A stretch of DNA of 64,000 nt from positions 45,571-109,570 of the forward strand of contig LVAO01000012.1 of the NCBI GenBank assembly GCA_001604065.1, written 5' to 3'. The position numbers were made by a program, and so were the translations under genes. Below, piece after piece: positions 1 through 9,252 of the stretch. The notes beneath the pieces were generated by a model, which saw only the letters and a list, made by a program, of their open reading frames with translations, made no database searches and was not told the origin of the DNA. The first letter of the stretch is position 1. Each line of letters begins with the position of its first letter. This DNA comes from Clostridiales bacterium Firm_09. GTDB taxonomy: Bacteria > Bacillota > Clostridia > Christensenellales > DTU072.

Positions 1-1219
1 GTCGTATCGTTTCTTCAATACCGTTGTTCATGTTTCTGAGTTTGATCCGGCCGGACGCTCTTTCGTCTGCGCCCAGTACGGCGATATAGTTTGTCCGTAT
101 TTTGTCCGCGTACTTCATCTGCGCTTTCAGACTTCTGCCCATAAGGTCGGTTTCTGCGGCAATCCCTTTTGCCCTCAGCTCCTGCACAAGAAGGTAGGCC
201 GGCATAATCTGCTCTTCGCCGAGGGGCGCAATATAGATATCGGGCCTTTCCGGCATTCCCAGAGAAGCGCCCTCCGCTTCTGCCACCATCATCAGACGCT
301 CGATGCCCATGCCAAAGCCCACTGCCGGAGTAGGTTTGCCGCCGATTTCTTCCACAAGATTGTTGTATCTTCCGCCGCCGCAGACGGTGCTTTGCGCGCC
401 GATCGACTGCGAAATGAATTCAAACACCGTGCGGGTATAATAATCCAGACCGCGGACCAGACGCGGATTGATCACGTAAGGAATGTTGAGACCGGATAAT
501 ATACTTTTTAGCTTTTCCATATGCGTGACGCAGTCCCCGCAAAGATAATCGAGAGTGGAGGGCGCGTCCTTGGCAACTTCTCCGCATTCCGGCACCTTGC
601 AGTCCAGGATACGCAGCGGATTTTTGTTCAGACGCTCTTTGCAGGTAGGACACATCCGGTCAATGCGCGAAGCAAAATAATCTTTAAGCGCGGCATTGTA
701 ATCCTTGCGGCAGACAGGACAGCCGATGCTGTTGATATGCAGAACCAACTCCTGGATACCTAAGCGGTTAAGCAGTGTTTTTGCAGTCAAGATGACTTCG
801 GCCTCCGCAAAGGGGCTGTCGCTCCCGTACAGCTCCACGCCGAACTGGTGGTGCTCGCGCAGTCTTCCCGATTGCGGCTTTTCATAGCGGAAAACCGGTG
901 TGATATAATACATTTTGGTCGGTTGTGCCTGGTTTTCCAGCCCGTTTTCGACAAAAGCGCGCGCCGCACCCGCGGTGCCTTCGCACTTCAATGTGATGCT
1001 GCGCTTGCCTTTGTCCTCAAAGGTGTACATTTCTTTGTTGACAATGTCGGTCGTTTCTCCCACACCGCGCAAGAACAGCTCGGTATGCTCAAACGTCGGG
1101 GTGCGGATTTCGCGCCAGCCGTAGGTCCTCGCGAGTTCGCGGATGAGACCCTCGACATAGTGCCATTTATAGCTTTCTTCGGGAAGCACGTCTTTGGTGC
1201 CCTTAGGAATGTTAATCAT
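1..1219 (-). CDS. hisS: Histidine--tRNA ligase, N-terminal ~406 codons; 3' end runs off the left edge
   Basis: Absent from the ORF track because it is truncated. My reverse-strand translation from ATG 1219-1217 gives MINIPKGTKDVLPEESYKWHY...RLREHHQFGVE...GGGRYNNLVEE...GFGMGIERL, which are class II HisRS motifs. GGAG lies 6 nt upstream. Confidence 0.9.
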   Translation of the reverse strand, partial: MINIPKGTKDVLPEESYKWHYVEGLIRELARTYGWREIRTPTFEHTELFLRGVGETTDIVNKEMYTFEDKGKRSITLKCEGTAGAARAFVENGLENQAQPTKMYYITPVFRYEKPQSGRLREHHQFGVELYGSDSPFAEAEVILTAKTLLNRLGIQELVLHINSIGCPVCRKDYNAALKDYFASRIDRMCPTCKERLNKNPLRILDCKVPECGEVAKDAPSTLDYLCGDCVTHMEKLKSILSGLNIPYVINPRLVRGLDYYTRTVFEFISQSIGAQSTVCGGGRYNNLVEEIGGKPTPAVGFGMGIERLMMVAEAEGASLGMPERPDIYIAPLGEEQIMPAYLLVQELRAKGIAAETDLMGRSLKAQMKYADKIRTNYIAVLGADERASGRIKLRNMNNGIEETIR

Positions 1220-1257
1220 GATTTGCTCCGTGTTTCTGCCCGCATGCGGGCATTGCA

Positions 1258-2571
1258 TTAAAGAATGTATTTCTTAAGATTCATCGCCTTGAGCGCGGAT
1301 TCCAGATGTTCATCCACATATTTTTTGTCGATGACGATATCGATATCTTCATGACCGCCGCAGGCATTGAAGCTAATATCCTCTATCAGCATTTCCATGA
1401 CGGTATGCAGTCTGCGCGCGCCGATGTTCTCGTGGTTCTCGTTTTCATAAAATGCGACTTTTGCCATTTCGCAGATCGCATCGTCGGTGAATTTCAGATT
1501 GATATTGTCCACCTTCATCAGCGCCGCATATTGCATGATGATGGCGTTGTCCGGCTCTTTGAGAATCTTGACAAAATCCTGCTCCGTCAGGCTCTGGAGA
1601 GTGACGATCACCGGGAACCTGCCTTGCAGTTCGGGTATCAGATCATTGATTTTTGCAATATGAAAAGCGCCTGCCGCGATAAAAAGGATGAAATCCGTGC
1701 GCAGATTGCCATATTTGGTGTTGACGGTGCAACCCTCGACAATGGGAAGAATGTCCCTTTGCACACCCTCGCGCGAGACATCGGGTCCGCTGGTTTTTCC
1801 GCGGGAAGTAATCTTGTCGATCTCATCGATAAAGATAATGCCGTCCTGCTCTGCGCGGCGGAGTCCCTCCGCATTGATGGAGTCGGTATCAATCAGCTTG
1901 GATGCCTCTTCGTTGGTAAAGTATTCGAACGCTTCTTTGACGGTCATTTTGCGGCGCTTGCGGCGTTTGGGAAGAAGCCCGCCCAAAAACTCACCGACAT
2001 TGTTGTCGTTTCCGCCGCCGATGGGCCCCAGCTGCAGACCTTTCTGCTGCTCTTCAATCTCGATTTCCAGCGGAATTTTATCCAGTCTCCCTTCTCTCAA
2101 ATCGGCATAAAGCTGCTCACGCAACAAAGCCTCGGGGGTATCCTGATGGGATTGCTTTTTTGCCGGAAGAAGCGACTCCACAATCTTTTTTGCGGCTGCT
2201 TCTTTTGCTTTGGGTTCGACTTCTGAGATTTTCTCTTCGCGCACCATGCGTATGGCCTCTTCGACAAGATCTCTGACCATCGATTCCACATCGCGTCCGA
2301 CATATCCGACCTCGGTGTACTTCGTCGCTTCCACCTTGACAAAAGGTGCTTTGACCAGTTTGGCAAGACGTCTTGCGATTTCGGTCTTGCCGACGCCGGT
2401 CGGCCCCTTCATGATGATATTTTTGGGCGTAATTTCTTCACGCACCTCAGGCGGGAGCTGTGAGCGGCGGTAACGGTTCCGGAGCGCTACGGCAACGGCT
2501 TTTTTGGCTTCCTGCTGTCCGATAATATATCTGTCCAGTTCATTGACGATTTGTTTGGGAGTCAGTTCCAT
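1258..2571 (-). CDS. hslU: ATP-dependent protease ATPase subunit HslU
   Basis: 437-aa ORF starting MELTPKQIVNELDRYIIGQ, with Walker A GPTGVGKTEIARRLA. It lies 9 nt downstream of hslV. Confidence 0.95.
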   Translation of the reverse strand: MELTPKQIVNELDRYIIGQQEAKKAVAVALRNRYRRSQLPPEVREEITPKNIIMKGPTGVGKTEIARRLAKLVKAPFVKVEATKYTEVGYVGRDVESMVRDLVEEAIRMVREEKISEVEPKAKEAAAKKIVESLLPAKKQSHQDTPEALLREQLYADLREGRLDKIPLEIEIEEQQKGLQLGPIGGGNDNNVGEFLGGLLPKRRKRRKMTVKEAFEYFTNEEASKLIDTDSINAEGLRRAEQDGIIFIDEIDKITSRGKTSGPDVSREGVQRDILPIVEGCTVNTKYGNLRTDFILFIAAGAFHIAKINDLIPELQGRFPVIVTLQSLTEQDFVKILKEPDNAIIMQYAALMKVDNINLKFTDDAICEMAKVAFYENENHENIGARRLHTVMEMLIEDISFNACGGHEDIDIVIDKKYVDEHLESALKAMNLKKYIL

Positions 2572-2579
2572 ATTCCCTC

Positions 2580-3110
2580 CTATACGGTTTCCACGATCAG
2601 ATTATGATTGGTAAAAATACAGATATCCGCAGCAATCTTCATGGCGCTTCGGACAATCTGTTCCGCGCTCATTTGCGTATTTTCTTTGAGTGCGCGCGCT
2701 GCCGCAAGGGCATAGTTGCCGCCGCTGCCGATGGCGCAAACGCCATCCTCGGGATCCACCACGTTGCCGTCGCCGCTGACAATGAACAAATTGTCTTTGT
2801 CCGCCACAATCAGCATCGCCTCCAGATTGCGCAGCATATTGCCCTTACGCCACTCTTCTGCAAGCTCGACTGCGCTGCGCATCAAATTGCCGGAATATTT
2901 CTGCAGCATCTCTTCGAATTTTTCGCTCAGCGTAAACGCATCGCTGACAGAACCGGCAAAACCGACGACGACTTTTTCGTCGTAGATTCTTTTGACCTTC
3001 TTTGCATTGCCCTTCAAGACAACGCTTTGACCCATGGTTACCTGCCCATCGCCGCCGATTGCCGTTATACCGTCCCGGCGCACTGCGCAGATTGTCGTAC
3101 CTTCCAACAT
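2580..3110 (-). CDS. hslV: ATP-dependent protease subunit HslV
   Basis: 176-aa ORF with N-terminal Thr nucleophile context [10 protein letters not shown] and a proteasome-beta-like core (GGDGQV, GSGGNYA). Confidence 0.95.
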   Translation of the reverse strand: MLEGTTICAVRRDGITAIGGDGQVTMGQSVVLKGNAKKVKRIYDEKVVVGFAGSVSDAFTLSEKFEEMLQKYSGNLMRSAVELAEEWRKGNMLRNLEAMLIVADKDNLFIVSGDGNVVDPEDGVCAIGSGGNYALAAARALKENTQMSAEQIVRSAMKIAADICIFTNHNLIVETV

Positions 3111-3138
3111 AATTCACCTCGTTTGCCGTTTTACGGCG

Positions 3139-4437
3139 TCAGTCATTGATAACTTGAGCATATTGTCTGATATCATGCAATGCGCGGTCGGCGTAAGCCT
3201 CCTTGCGCTTTGTTTTGTCTTTGACAGGTTCCGGAAGCGGCGGCACCAGCTCAAAATTGACATGCATGGGGGCAAAATCCCCCGTGGCATGCGCGAGATA
3301 TCCGCACAGACTGCCGCACATGGTCGTGAGCGGCGGCGGAATAAGCGTCTTGCCCTGCAACCGTCTTGATAAATGCATGCCCGCAAGCAATCCCGTCATG
3401 GCGCTTTCCATATAACCTTCCACTCCGGTCAGCTGCCCTGCAAAAAAGACCGCCGGACGCTTTATCATATGAAGACAGTCCGTGAGAAATCCGGGGCTGG
3501 CAAGATAGGTATTGCGATGCATGACACCGTAACGCACAAATTCTGCCTTCCTGAGCGCAGGAATCATGGAGAACACTCTCTTCTGCTCCGAGAAGGTCAG
3601 ATTGGTCTGGAAGCCGACAAGATTGTACATCCTGTCATATTTATCCTCCTTGCGGAGCTGGACAACGGCATAATATCGTTCCCCATCCGGGCCCCTGAGA
3701 CCTACCGGACGCATGGGTCCGAAGCGAAGGCTGTCCCGGCCACGCTTTGCCATCACCTCAATGGGCATACAGCCTTCAAAGACATCGCCCTTCTCAAATG
3801 ATTTTAGCACAACCGTACCCGCTCCGACAAGTTCTTTTACAAATTCCGTATATTCCTTCTCGTTCATCGGGCAATTAAGGTAGTCTGCATCGCCTTTGTT
3901 ATAGCGGGAGGAGTAAAAAGCATGATTCATATCAATGCTTTCCGCCGTGACGATCGGTGCGACCGCATCATAAAAGTGCAGATATCCTGCACCGGCAAGC
4001 TTTGCGATGCTCTCTTCCATCTTGTCCGAAGTCAGCGGACCTGTGGCAATGATTGTGTTGTCGGCAATATATGCGCATTCTTCACGGATGATGTTCAGCT
4101 TATCATATCCTTTTAATATCTGTTCAATATTGTCCGAAAATTGCGCCCTGTCCACGGCAAGCGCGCCGCCCGCGGGCACTCTTGCCGCTTCTGCCGCCTT
4201 CAGAACAAGAGAGTCCAACACTCTCAGCTCGGCCTTCAGCACACCCTGAGCGGTGGTCAGCTCTTCGCTCTTCAGGCTGTTGCTGCATACAAGTTCGGCA
4301 AGTGCCCCGGTTTTGTGTGCCGGAGAACTTTTGCCCGGTCTCATCTCATACAAGTCGACTTCAAATCCGGCATTCAGGAGCTTATAACAGGCTTCGACGC
4401 CTGCAAGACCCCCGCCGACGACGCGAACCCTATTCAT
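3139..4437 (-). CDS. trmFO: Methylenetetrahydrofolate--tRNA-(uracil54-C5)-methyltransferase TrmFO (Gid)
   Basis: The ORF track gives 3139..4476. I place the start at ATG 4437 (MNRVRVVGGGLAGVEA, FAD GxGxxG), which overlaps the topA stop by 8 nt. The sequence is GidA-small-form throughout. Confidence 0.92.
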   Translation of the reverse strand: MNRVRVVGGGLAGVEACYKLLNAGFEVDLYEMRPGKSSPAHKTGALAELVCSNSLKSEELTTAQGVLKAELRVLDSLVLKAAEAARVPAGGALAVDRAQFSDNIEQILKGYDKLNIIREECAYIADNTIIATGPLTSDKMEESIAKLAGAGYLHFYDAVAPIVTAESIDMNHAFYSSRYNKGDADYLNCPMNEKEYTEFVKELVGAGTVVLKSFEKGDVFEGCMPIEVMAKRGRDSLRFGPMRPVGLRGPDGERYYAVVQLRKEDKYDRMYNLVGFQTNLTFSEQKRVFSMIPALRKAEFVRYGVMHRNTYLASPGFLTDCLHMIKRPAVFFAGQLTGVEGYMESAMTGLLAGMHLSRRLQGKTLIPPPLTTMCGSLCGYLAHATGDFAPMHVNFELVPPLPEPVKDKTKRKEAYADRALHDIRQYAQVIND

Positions 4438-6544
4438 TTTCTTCTGCCTGTTTCTCCTCGCTGACCAATATCGCATGCTTGCATGCGCGGTTGGTGCAGA
4501 GATATTGTTTCTTTCCGCCCGTTTCCACGACGCGCATCGTGGAGTTGCATTTCGGGCAAAGGATGGGCGCGGGAATCTCCCATGACATGAATTTGCAATT
4601 GGGGTAATTGGAGCATCCGTAGAAGATTTTGCCCGTCTTGCTGTGGCATTTGGTGACGCTTCCGCCGCATACGGGGCATTTGCCCACAGGTTCTATAATG
4701 CTTTTGATATTCTTGCAACGGGGATAATTGGGACAGGCAAGAAATTTGCCGTACCTGCCGTCTTTAACCACCATATTCGCACCGCATTTTTCGCATTTGA
4801 CATCGCTCACTTCTTCTGCAACGGACAGCTTTTTCTCATTGCTGGCCGCTTTTAGAATATAATGCATGAATTCGGGATAAAAATCGGCGATGATCTTCTG
4901 CCATTGCACGCCACCCTCGATTTCATCCAGGTCTTTTTCCATGTCCGCGGTGAATTTGATGTCTACAATCTTGTCAAAAAAGGTTTCCATGAATTCCGTT
5001 ACCGTTTCGCCAAGGTTGGTGGGTTTGATGAATTTCTGCTCTTTGACCGTATATTCTCGTTTTGCCAGGACACTGATGACGCTTGCATAGGTGGACGGAC
5101 GTCCGATGCCGTTTTCTTCCATTGCCTTGACAAGGGTGGCATCGGTGAAGCGTGTCGGAGGTTTGGTAAACTTCTGCTCGGTCTTTATTTCCTTGAGCGT
5201 CATGGAGTCGCCTTCCTGCAAATCGGGAAGGTTGCCTCCCAGCTCATCTTCTTCAGAAGTCTTATCGGCTTCGTAAACAATGGTAAAACCTTTGAAAGTG
5301 ACCGTTTTGCCGCCCAAACGGAAGCCATAAGCGGTTTCGTTTCCGCAGGAAGCCTCAATGCGCACGTTCAGTGTATTGTATTCGGCATCCGTCATCTGGC
5401 TGGCGATAAATCTGTCATAAATCAATTTATAAAGCTTATAATGGTTTTTGGGCAACTTATCCCGGACGCTCTCGGGAGTGCGCTCCAAAGAAATCGGACG
5501 GATACACTCGTGCGCATCCTGCGTATTCTGGCTTTTGGTTGCATAAATATTGGGTTTTTCCGGAGCGTACTGCGCTCCGTATTTTTCTTTGATAAATTCA
5601 AGCGCCGCACATTGCATTTCTTTTGCGACGCGTACGCTGTCCGTACGGATATAGGTGACATAGGCCGTATGGCCCTCCCCTTCGGTTTCGATTCCCTCAT
5701 AGAGCTGTTGGGCAATCTGCATCACCTGCGGCGCGGTCAGCCCCAGCTTCTGAGACCCGTCCTGCTGAAGTGTGGAGGTCATGAAGGGCGCCTGAGGACG
5801 GGATCTGGAGGTTCCCCGCTTGACGTTTTCGACTTTCCAGGAGGCGTTATCAAGTTCCGCAAGAATGGCTTTGGCTTCCGCCTCGCTGCTAACTTTCAGT
5901 TTTTTGCCGTTTTTATCGGACAGCAACGCTTTGATTGCAGGCGACCGGGTGCCTGTCTTCAAAAGATTTGCGTGAATATTCCAGTATTCTTCGGGTACAA
6001 AAGCCCTTATTTCGCGCTCCTTATCCACAATCATCTTGAGCGCCGCGGACTGCACCCGTCCTCCCGAAAGTCCGCTTTTGATTTTTCTGGAGAGTATGGG
6101 ACTGATTTTGTAGCCCACAAGTCTGTCCAGCACACGCCTTGCCTGCTGGGCATCCACCAGATTCCGGTTGATCCTGCGGGGTTTTTTGATGGCTTCCGCC
6201 ACCGCGCGGTTGGAAATTTCATTAAATTCAATGCGGTTTTCATTATCCGGCAAACCAAGGGTATTGGCGAGATGCCAGCTGATTGCTTCGCCTTCCCGGT
6301 CCGGGTCGGTTGCAAGATAGACCGACTCGCTTTCTTTAACGGATTGCTTGAGTTTCTTGATGAGTTCTTTTTTCGTCTGATTGATGACGTATTCCGGCTT
6401 AAAATTATTTTCTACGTCCACTCCGAGCGTTTTTTCCGGCAGGTCGCAGATATGTCCGCCCGACGCCATCACCTTGTATTCAGCACCGAGGTACTTCTGG
6501 ATGGTTTTGGCTTTTGAGGGAGACTCGACAATCACTAATTTCAT
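4430..6544 (-). CDS. topA: DNA topoisomerase I
   Basis: 704 aa with Toprim N-terminus MKLVIVESPSKAKTI and DPDREGE. There are three C-terminal CxxC...CxxC zinc ribbons. Confidence 0.95.
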   Translation of the reverse strand: MKLVIVESPSKAKTIQKYLGAEYKVMASGGHICDLPEKTLGVDVENNFKPEYVINQTKKELIKKLKQSVKESESVYLATDPDREGEAISWHLANTLGLPDNENRIEFNEISNRAVAEAIKKPRRINRNLVDAQQARRVLDRLVGYKISPILSRKIKSGLSGGRVQSAALKMIVDKEREIRAFVPEEYWNIHANLLKTGTRSPAIKALLSDKNGKKLKVSSEAEAKAILAELDNASWKVENVKRGTSRSRPQAPFMTSTLQQDGSQKLGLTAPQVMQIAQQLYEGIETEGEGHTAYVTYIRTDSVRVAKEMQCAALEFIKEKYGAQYAPEKPNIYATKSQNTQDAHECIRPISLERTPESVRDKLPKNHYKLYKLIYDRFIASQMTDAEYNTLNVRIEASCGNETAYGFRLGGKTVTFKGFTIVYEADKTSEEDELGGNLPDLQEGDSMTLKEIKTEQKFTKPPTRFTDATLVKAMEENGIGRPSTYASVISVLAKREYTVKEQKFIKPTNLGETVTEFMETFFDKIVDIKFTADMEKDLDEIEGGVQWQKIIADFYPEFMHYILKAASNEKKLSVAEEVSDVKCEKCGANMVVKDGRYGKFLACPNYPRCKNIKSIIEPVGKCPVCGGSVTKCHSKTGKIFYGCSNYPNCKFMSWEIPAPILCPKCNSTMRVVETGGKKQYLCTNRACKHAILVSEEKQAEENE

Positions 6545-6547
6545 GTT

Positions 6548-7627
6548 CTAAACTCCGTAGTAGTTGTTATCCAGTTTTTTTATGATCCCGAACAGTTCGA
6601 GCTTGGTCAGCGTTGCGTTGAGTTCCGACGCGCCCAAACCTGTAAGTTCAAGAAGCTGTTCGAAATTAAGCTCTGCGTATCCGAGCCCGGCAACCAGCTT
6701 TTCTTCTATGAAGTCAAGCTGCATGGCAGAAACAGGCTCTTTATATCCGTGTATCCCCAGACGTTCTGCTACGTCGTCGGGCGAAAACACCGCACAATGC
6801 GGCATTTTTTTGATCAGCATATTGCTGCCGAAGCCGCGGGAAGAGGTTATATTGCAAGGAACGACATAGAGATCCCTTCCTTGGTCAACGGCGTTGTTCG
6901 CCGTATGGAGAGAACCGCTCTTTTGCCCCGCCTCGGTCACCAGCACCCCTTCCGATAAGCCGCTGATGATGCGGTTTCTCTCCGGAAACTGGAAATTGCT
7001 CGCCGGGACACCTGGTCCGTATTCTGAAATCAACAAACCGTCCTTTTCGATCTTTTTATATAACGGCGCGTTATCCGCGGGATAAATCTTATCGATGCCG
7101 CATCCCAGCACCGCTATCGTCTTTCCGCCCGCCTCCAGCGCCGCGCGGTGCGCCGTACTGTCAATGCCCCTTGCGAGACCGCTGACAATGGTCAATCCGC
7201 ATTTTGCAAGCGTTTTCGAAAACAGCTCTGTCACCTCCAGGCCGTATCGGCTGGGATCTCTGGAGCCGACAATACCTATGCAGCGCGTCTGCATAAGAGA
7301 GATGTCTCCTTTGCAATAAAGCAGAAGCGGCGGAAGCGGAATTTCTTTGAGCAATGCGGGATATTCTTCATCGGCATAGGATATTGTCCGAATTCCTGCC
7401 CGGGCAAGCAAATCAAATTCCCTGTTCAGCAGCTCCTCGTCGGTACAGGTCTGCATCATCAATCCTGCCGTATCCGAACCCATCATTTGGGCTACCCGGG
7501 CATAAAGAGAGGGAAACTGCCTGCGGATATCCGCATCTCCCGCAATGGCGAGAAGACGCTGCATTTTCTGCGTCGCAAAACCGCAGATTCTGTTCATCCA
7601 TACAAGGGCGCCGAGTTTGCCGTTCAT
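6548..7627 (-). CDS. dprA: DNA processing protein DprA (Smf)
   Basis: 359 aa with core GIVGSR...SGLARGIDSTAHRAAL...FPERNRIISGLS. Confidence 0.9.
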   Translation of the reverse strand: MNGKLGALVWMNRICGFATQKMQRLLAIAGDADIRRQFPSLYARVAQMMGSDTAGLMMQTCTDEELLNREFDLLARAGIRTISYADEEYPALLKEIPLPPLLLYCKGDISLMQTRCIGIVGSRDPSRYGLEVTELFSKTLAKCGLTIVSGLARGIDSTAHRAALEAGGKTIAVLGCGIDKIYPADNAPLYKKIEKDGLLISEYGPGVPASNFQFPERNRIISGLSEGVLVTEAGQKSGSLHTANNAVDQGRDLYVVPCNITSSRGFGSNMLIKKMPHCAVFSPDDVAERLGIHGYKEPVSAMQLDFIEEKLVAGLGYAELNFEQLLELTGLGASELNATLTKLELFGIIKKLDNNYYGV

Positions 7628-9150
7628 GCTTCCGTCTCCCTGACGCGGTACTGGATGGCTTCTGCAATGTCTGTTTCGCAGATTTCTGCGCCGCCCCGCA
7701 GATCGGCAATCGTGCGCGCAGTTTTAATGATTCTGGATACCCCGCGTGCACTCAGCTTGAAACGATCAAACGCGATTTCTACCAATCTGTCGCAGCCCGG
7801 TGTAAGGGTGCAGAATTTTTTGATCTGTGCATTGGACATCCTGGCATTGGTGTGCGTCAATGTACCCGCAAAGCGTTCGCGCTGGATTCTTCGCGCTTTT
7901 TCGACTCTTGCCTTGACTGCGGCGCTGTTTTCTCCGGGAATTCCAGTCTTCAGATCGCTGTAATCGACACCGTCGACATCGGCATATATATCTATCCTGT
8001 CCAAGAGCGGCCCGGATATTCTGGATTTGTATCTGCGTTTTTCCAGAGGGGTGCAGGTGCACTCCTTAATCCTGCTTCCGTCATATCCGCACGGACATGG
8101 ATTCATGCTTGCAATCAGCATGAACCCTGCAGGATATTCTATCACGCGGTGGATTCTTGTGACGGTTATAAATCCGTCTTCCAGCGGCTGACGCAACGTT
8201 TCCAGTGTTTTGGATTGATATTCGGGCATTTCGTCCAAAAACAGCACACCGTTATGTGCAAGACTCACTTCGCCGGGCTTGCTGTTCGGGCCGCCGCCTA
8301 TCATGCTGATGAGGCTCGCCGTATGGTGCGGCGTACGGAAAGGTCTTAAAGTGATGACGCCCTGCTCACTGTCCGTGCAACCCGCAACGCTGTGGATTTT
8401 GGTAGTTTCTATGGCCTCTTCAAAGGTCATATCCGGCATGATGGTGGGCACGCATTTTGCGAGCATCGTTTTGCCGGCGCCGGGCGGCCCGCACATCAAT
8501 AAATTATGGCCGCCTGCAACCGCGATTTCCAAAGCGCGCTTCGCCGCATTCTGACCCTTCACATCCGACAGGTCAATACCATATTTATTTACGCCGGGAT
8601 CGGATGAATATTCGCTGTGTTCGACAGGCTTGCTGTCCAGGATGCCGCCCAAAAAAGAACAAACCTCCGAGAGCGTCTGCAGCGCATATACCTCTGCCCC
8701 AAGAATATAGCTTGCCTCCTTCGCGTTGTCCCGAGGCACGATAAACTTTTTATGTCCCGCCATCAGGGCGCTTATAAGAAGAGGAAGAATACCGTTCACT
8801 CTCCGCACGCCGCCATCCAGAGACAATTCTCCTATAATGACATAGTCCTTGAGCGCGGCATCGGGAATCTGCTCCGTACCCGCAAGAAAACCCACAGCAA
8901 TCGGCAAATCAAAGGCAGAACCGTTCTTTTCGGTATCGGCGGGAGCGAGGTTGACCGTCACCTTTCGGGGCATGAAATCAAAACTGGAGTTGCGGATAGC
9001 CGATCGCACGCGATTGCGCGCTTCTTTAATTGAAGAGCCGGGAAGTCCCACAATATCAAAACCCGGTATCCCGCTCTGCACATCCACCTCGATATCGACT
9101 GGGTATCCCTCGATCCCTTCCAGCGCATAGGATTTGATGACTGCCAGCAT
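7624..9150 (-). CDS. comM: YifB/ComM family Mg-chelatase-like AAA+ ATPase
   Basis: 508 aa with N-terminus MLAVIKSYAL and Walker A GPPGAGKTMLA. It overlaps the dprA start by 4 nt. Confidence 0.9.
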   Translation of the reverse strand: MLAVIKSYALEGIEGYPVDIEVDVQSGIPGFDIVGLPGSSIKEARNRVRSAIRNSSFDFMPRKVTVNLAPADTEKNGSAFDLPIAVGFLAGTEQIPDAALKDYVIIGELSLDGGVRRVNGILPLLISALMAGHKKFIVPRDNAKEASYILGAEVYALQTLSEVCSFLGGILDSKPVEHSEYSSDPGVNKYGIDLSDVKGQNAAKRALEIAVAGGHNLLMCGPPGAGKTMLAKCVPTIMPDMTFEEAIETTKIHSVAGCTDSEQGVITLRPFRTPHHTASLISMIGGGPNSKPGEVSLAHNGVLFLDEMPEYQSKTLETLRQPLEDGFITVTRIHRVIEYPAGFMLIASMNPCPCGYDGSRIKECTCTPLEKRRYKSRISGPLLDRIDIYADVDGVDYSDLKTGIPGENSAAVKARVEKARRIQRERFAGTLTHTNARMSNAQIKKFCTLTPGCDRLVEIAFDRFKLSARGVSRIIKTARTIADLRGGAEICETDIAEAIQYRVRETEA

Positions 9151-9252
9151 TCTTTTACCCCTTGAACTATCTTTTTCTCCCCTGAGGGTATCCTTTCATG
9201 TTTGTCGAAGAATGACAGAGGCCGCTTTTTTAGAACGGCCCCCATTTTATAT

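Noticed and set aside
1237-1252. Palindrome TGCCCGCATGCGGGCA between hslU and hisS, considered as a terminator. I also considered a T-box leader for hisS.
   Set aside because: There is no U-tract. The whole hslU-hisS spacer is 38 nt, far too short for a T-box. The hairpin is most simply an intercistronic stem.
4862-6517. 551-aa ORF antisense to topA. Similar long antisense ORFs occur at 1306-2226 (hslU), 7148-8349 (dprA/comM), 9790-11313, 16006-16635 (ffh), 21129-22232 (smc), 38671-39648 (ackA) and 44363-45355.
   Set aside because: Each lies entirely inside a strongly supported gene on the other strand. The translations are low-complexity (Arg/Phe/Gly/Cys-rich), and they have no RBS or family motif. 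This is the usual stop-poor antisense frame produced by codon bias.
9151-9252. Hairpin GGCCG...CGGCC after the 761-aa gene, considered as a terminator.
   Set aside because: The T-run sits in the loop rather than after the stem. I cannot support a canonical terminator. comM may have its own unrecognised promoter here.
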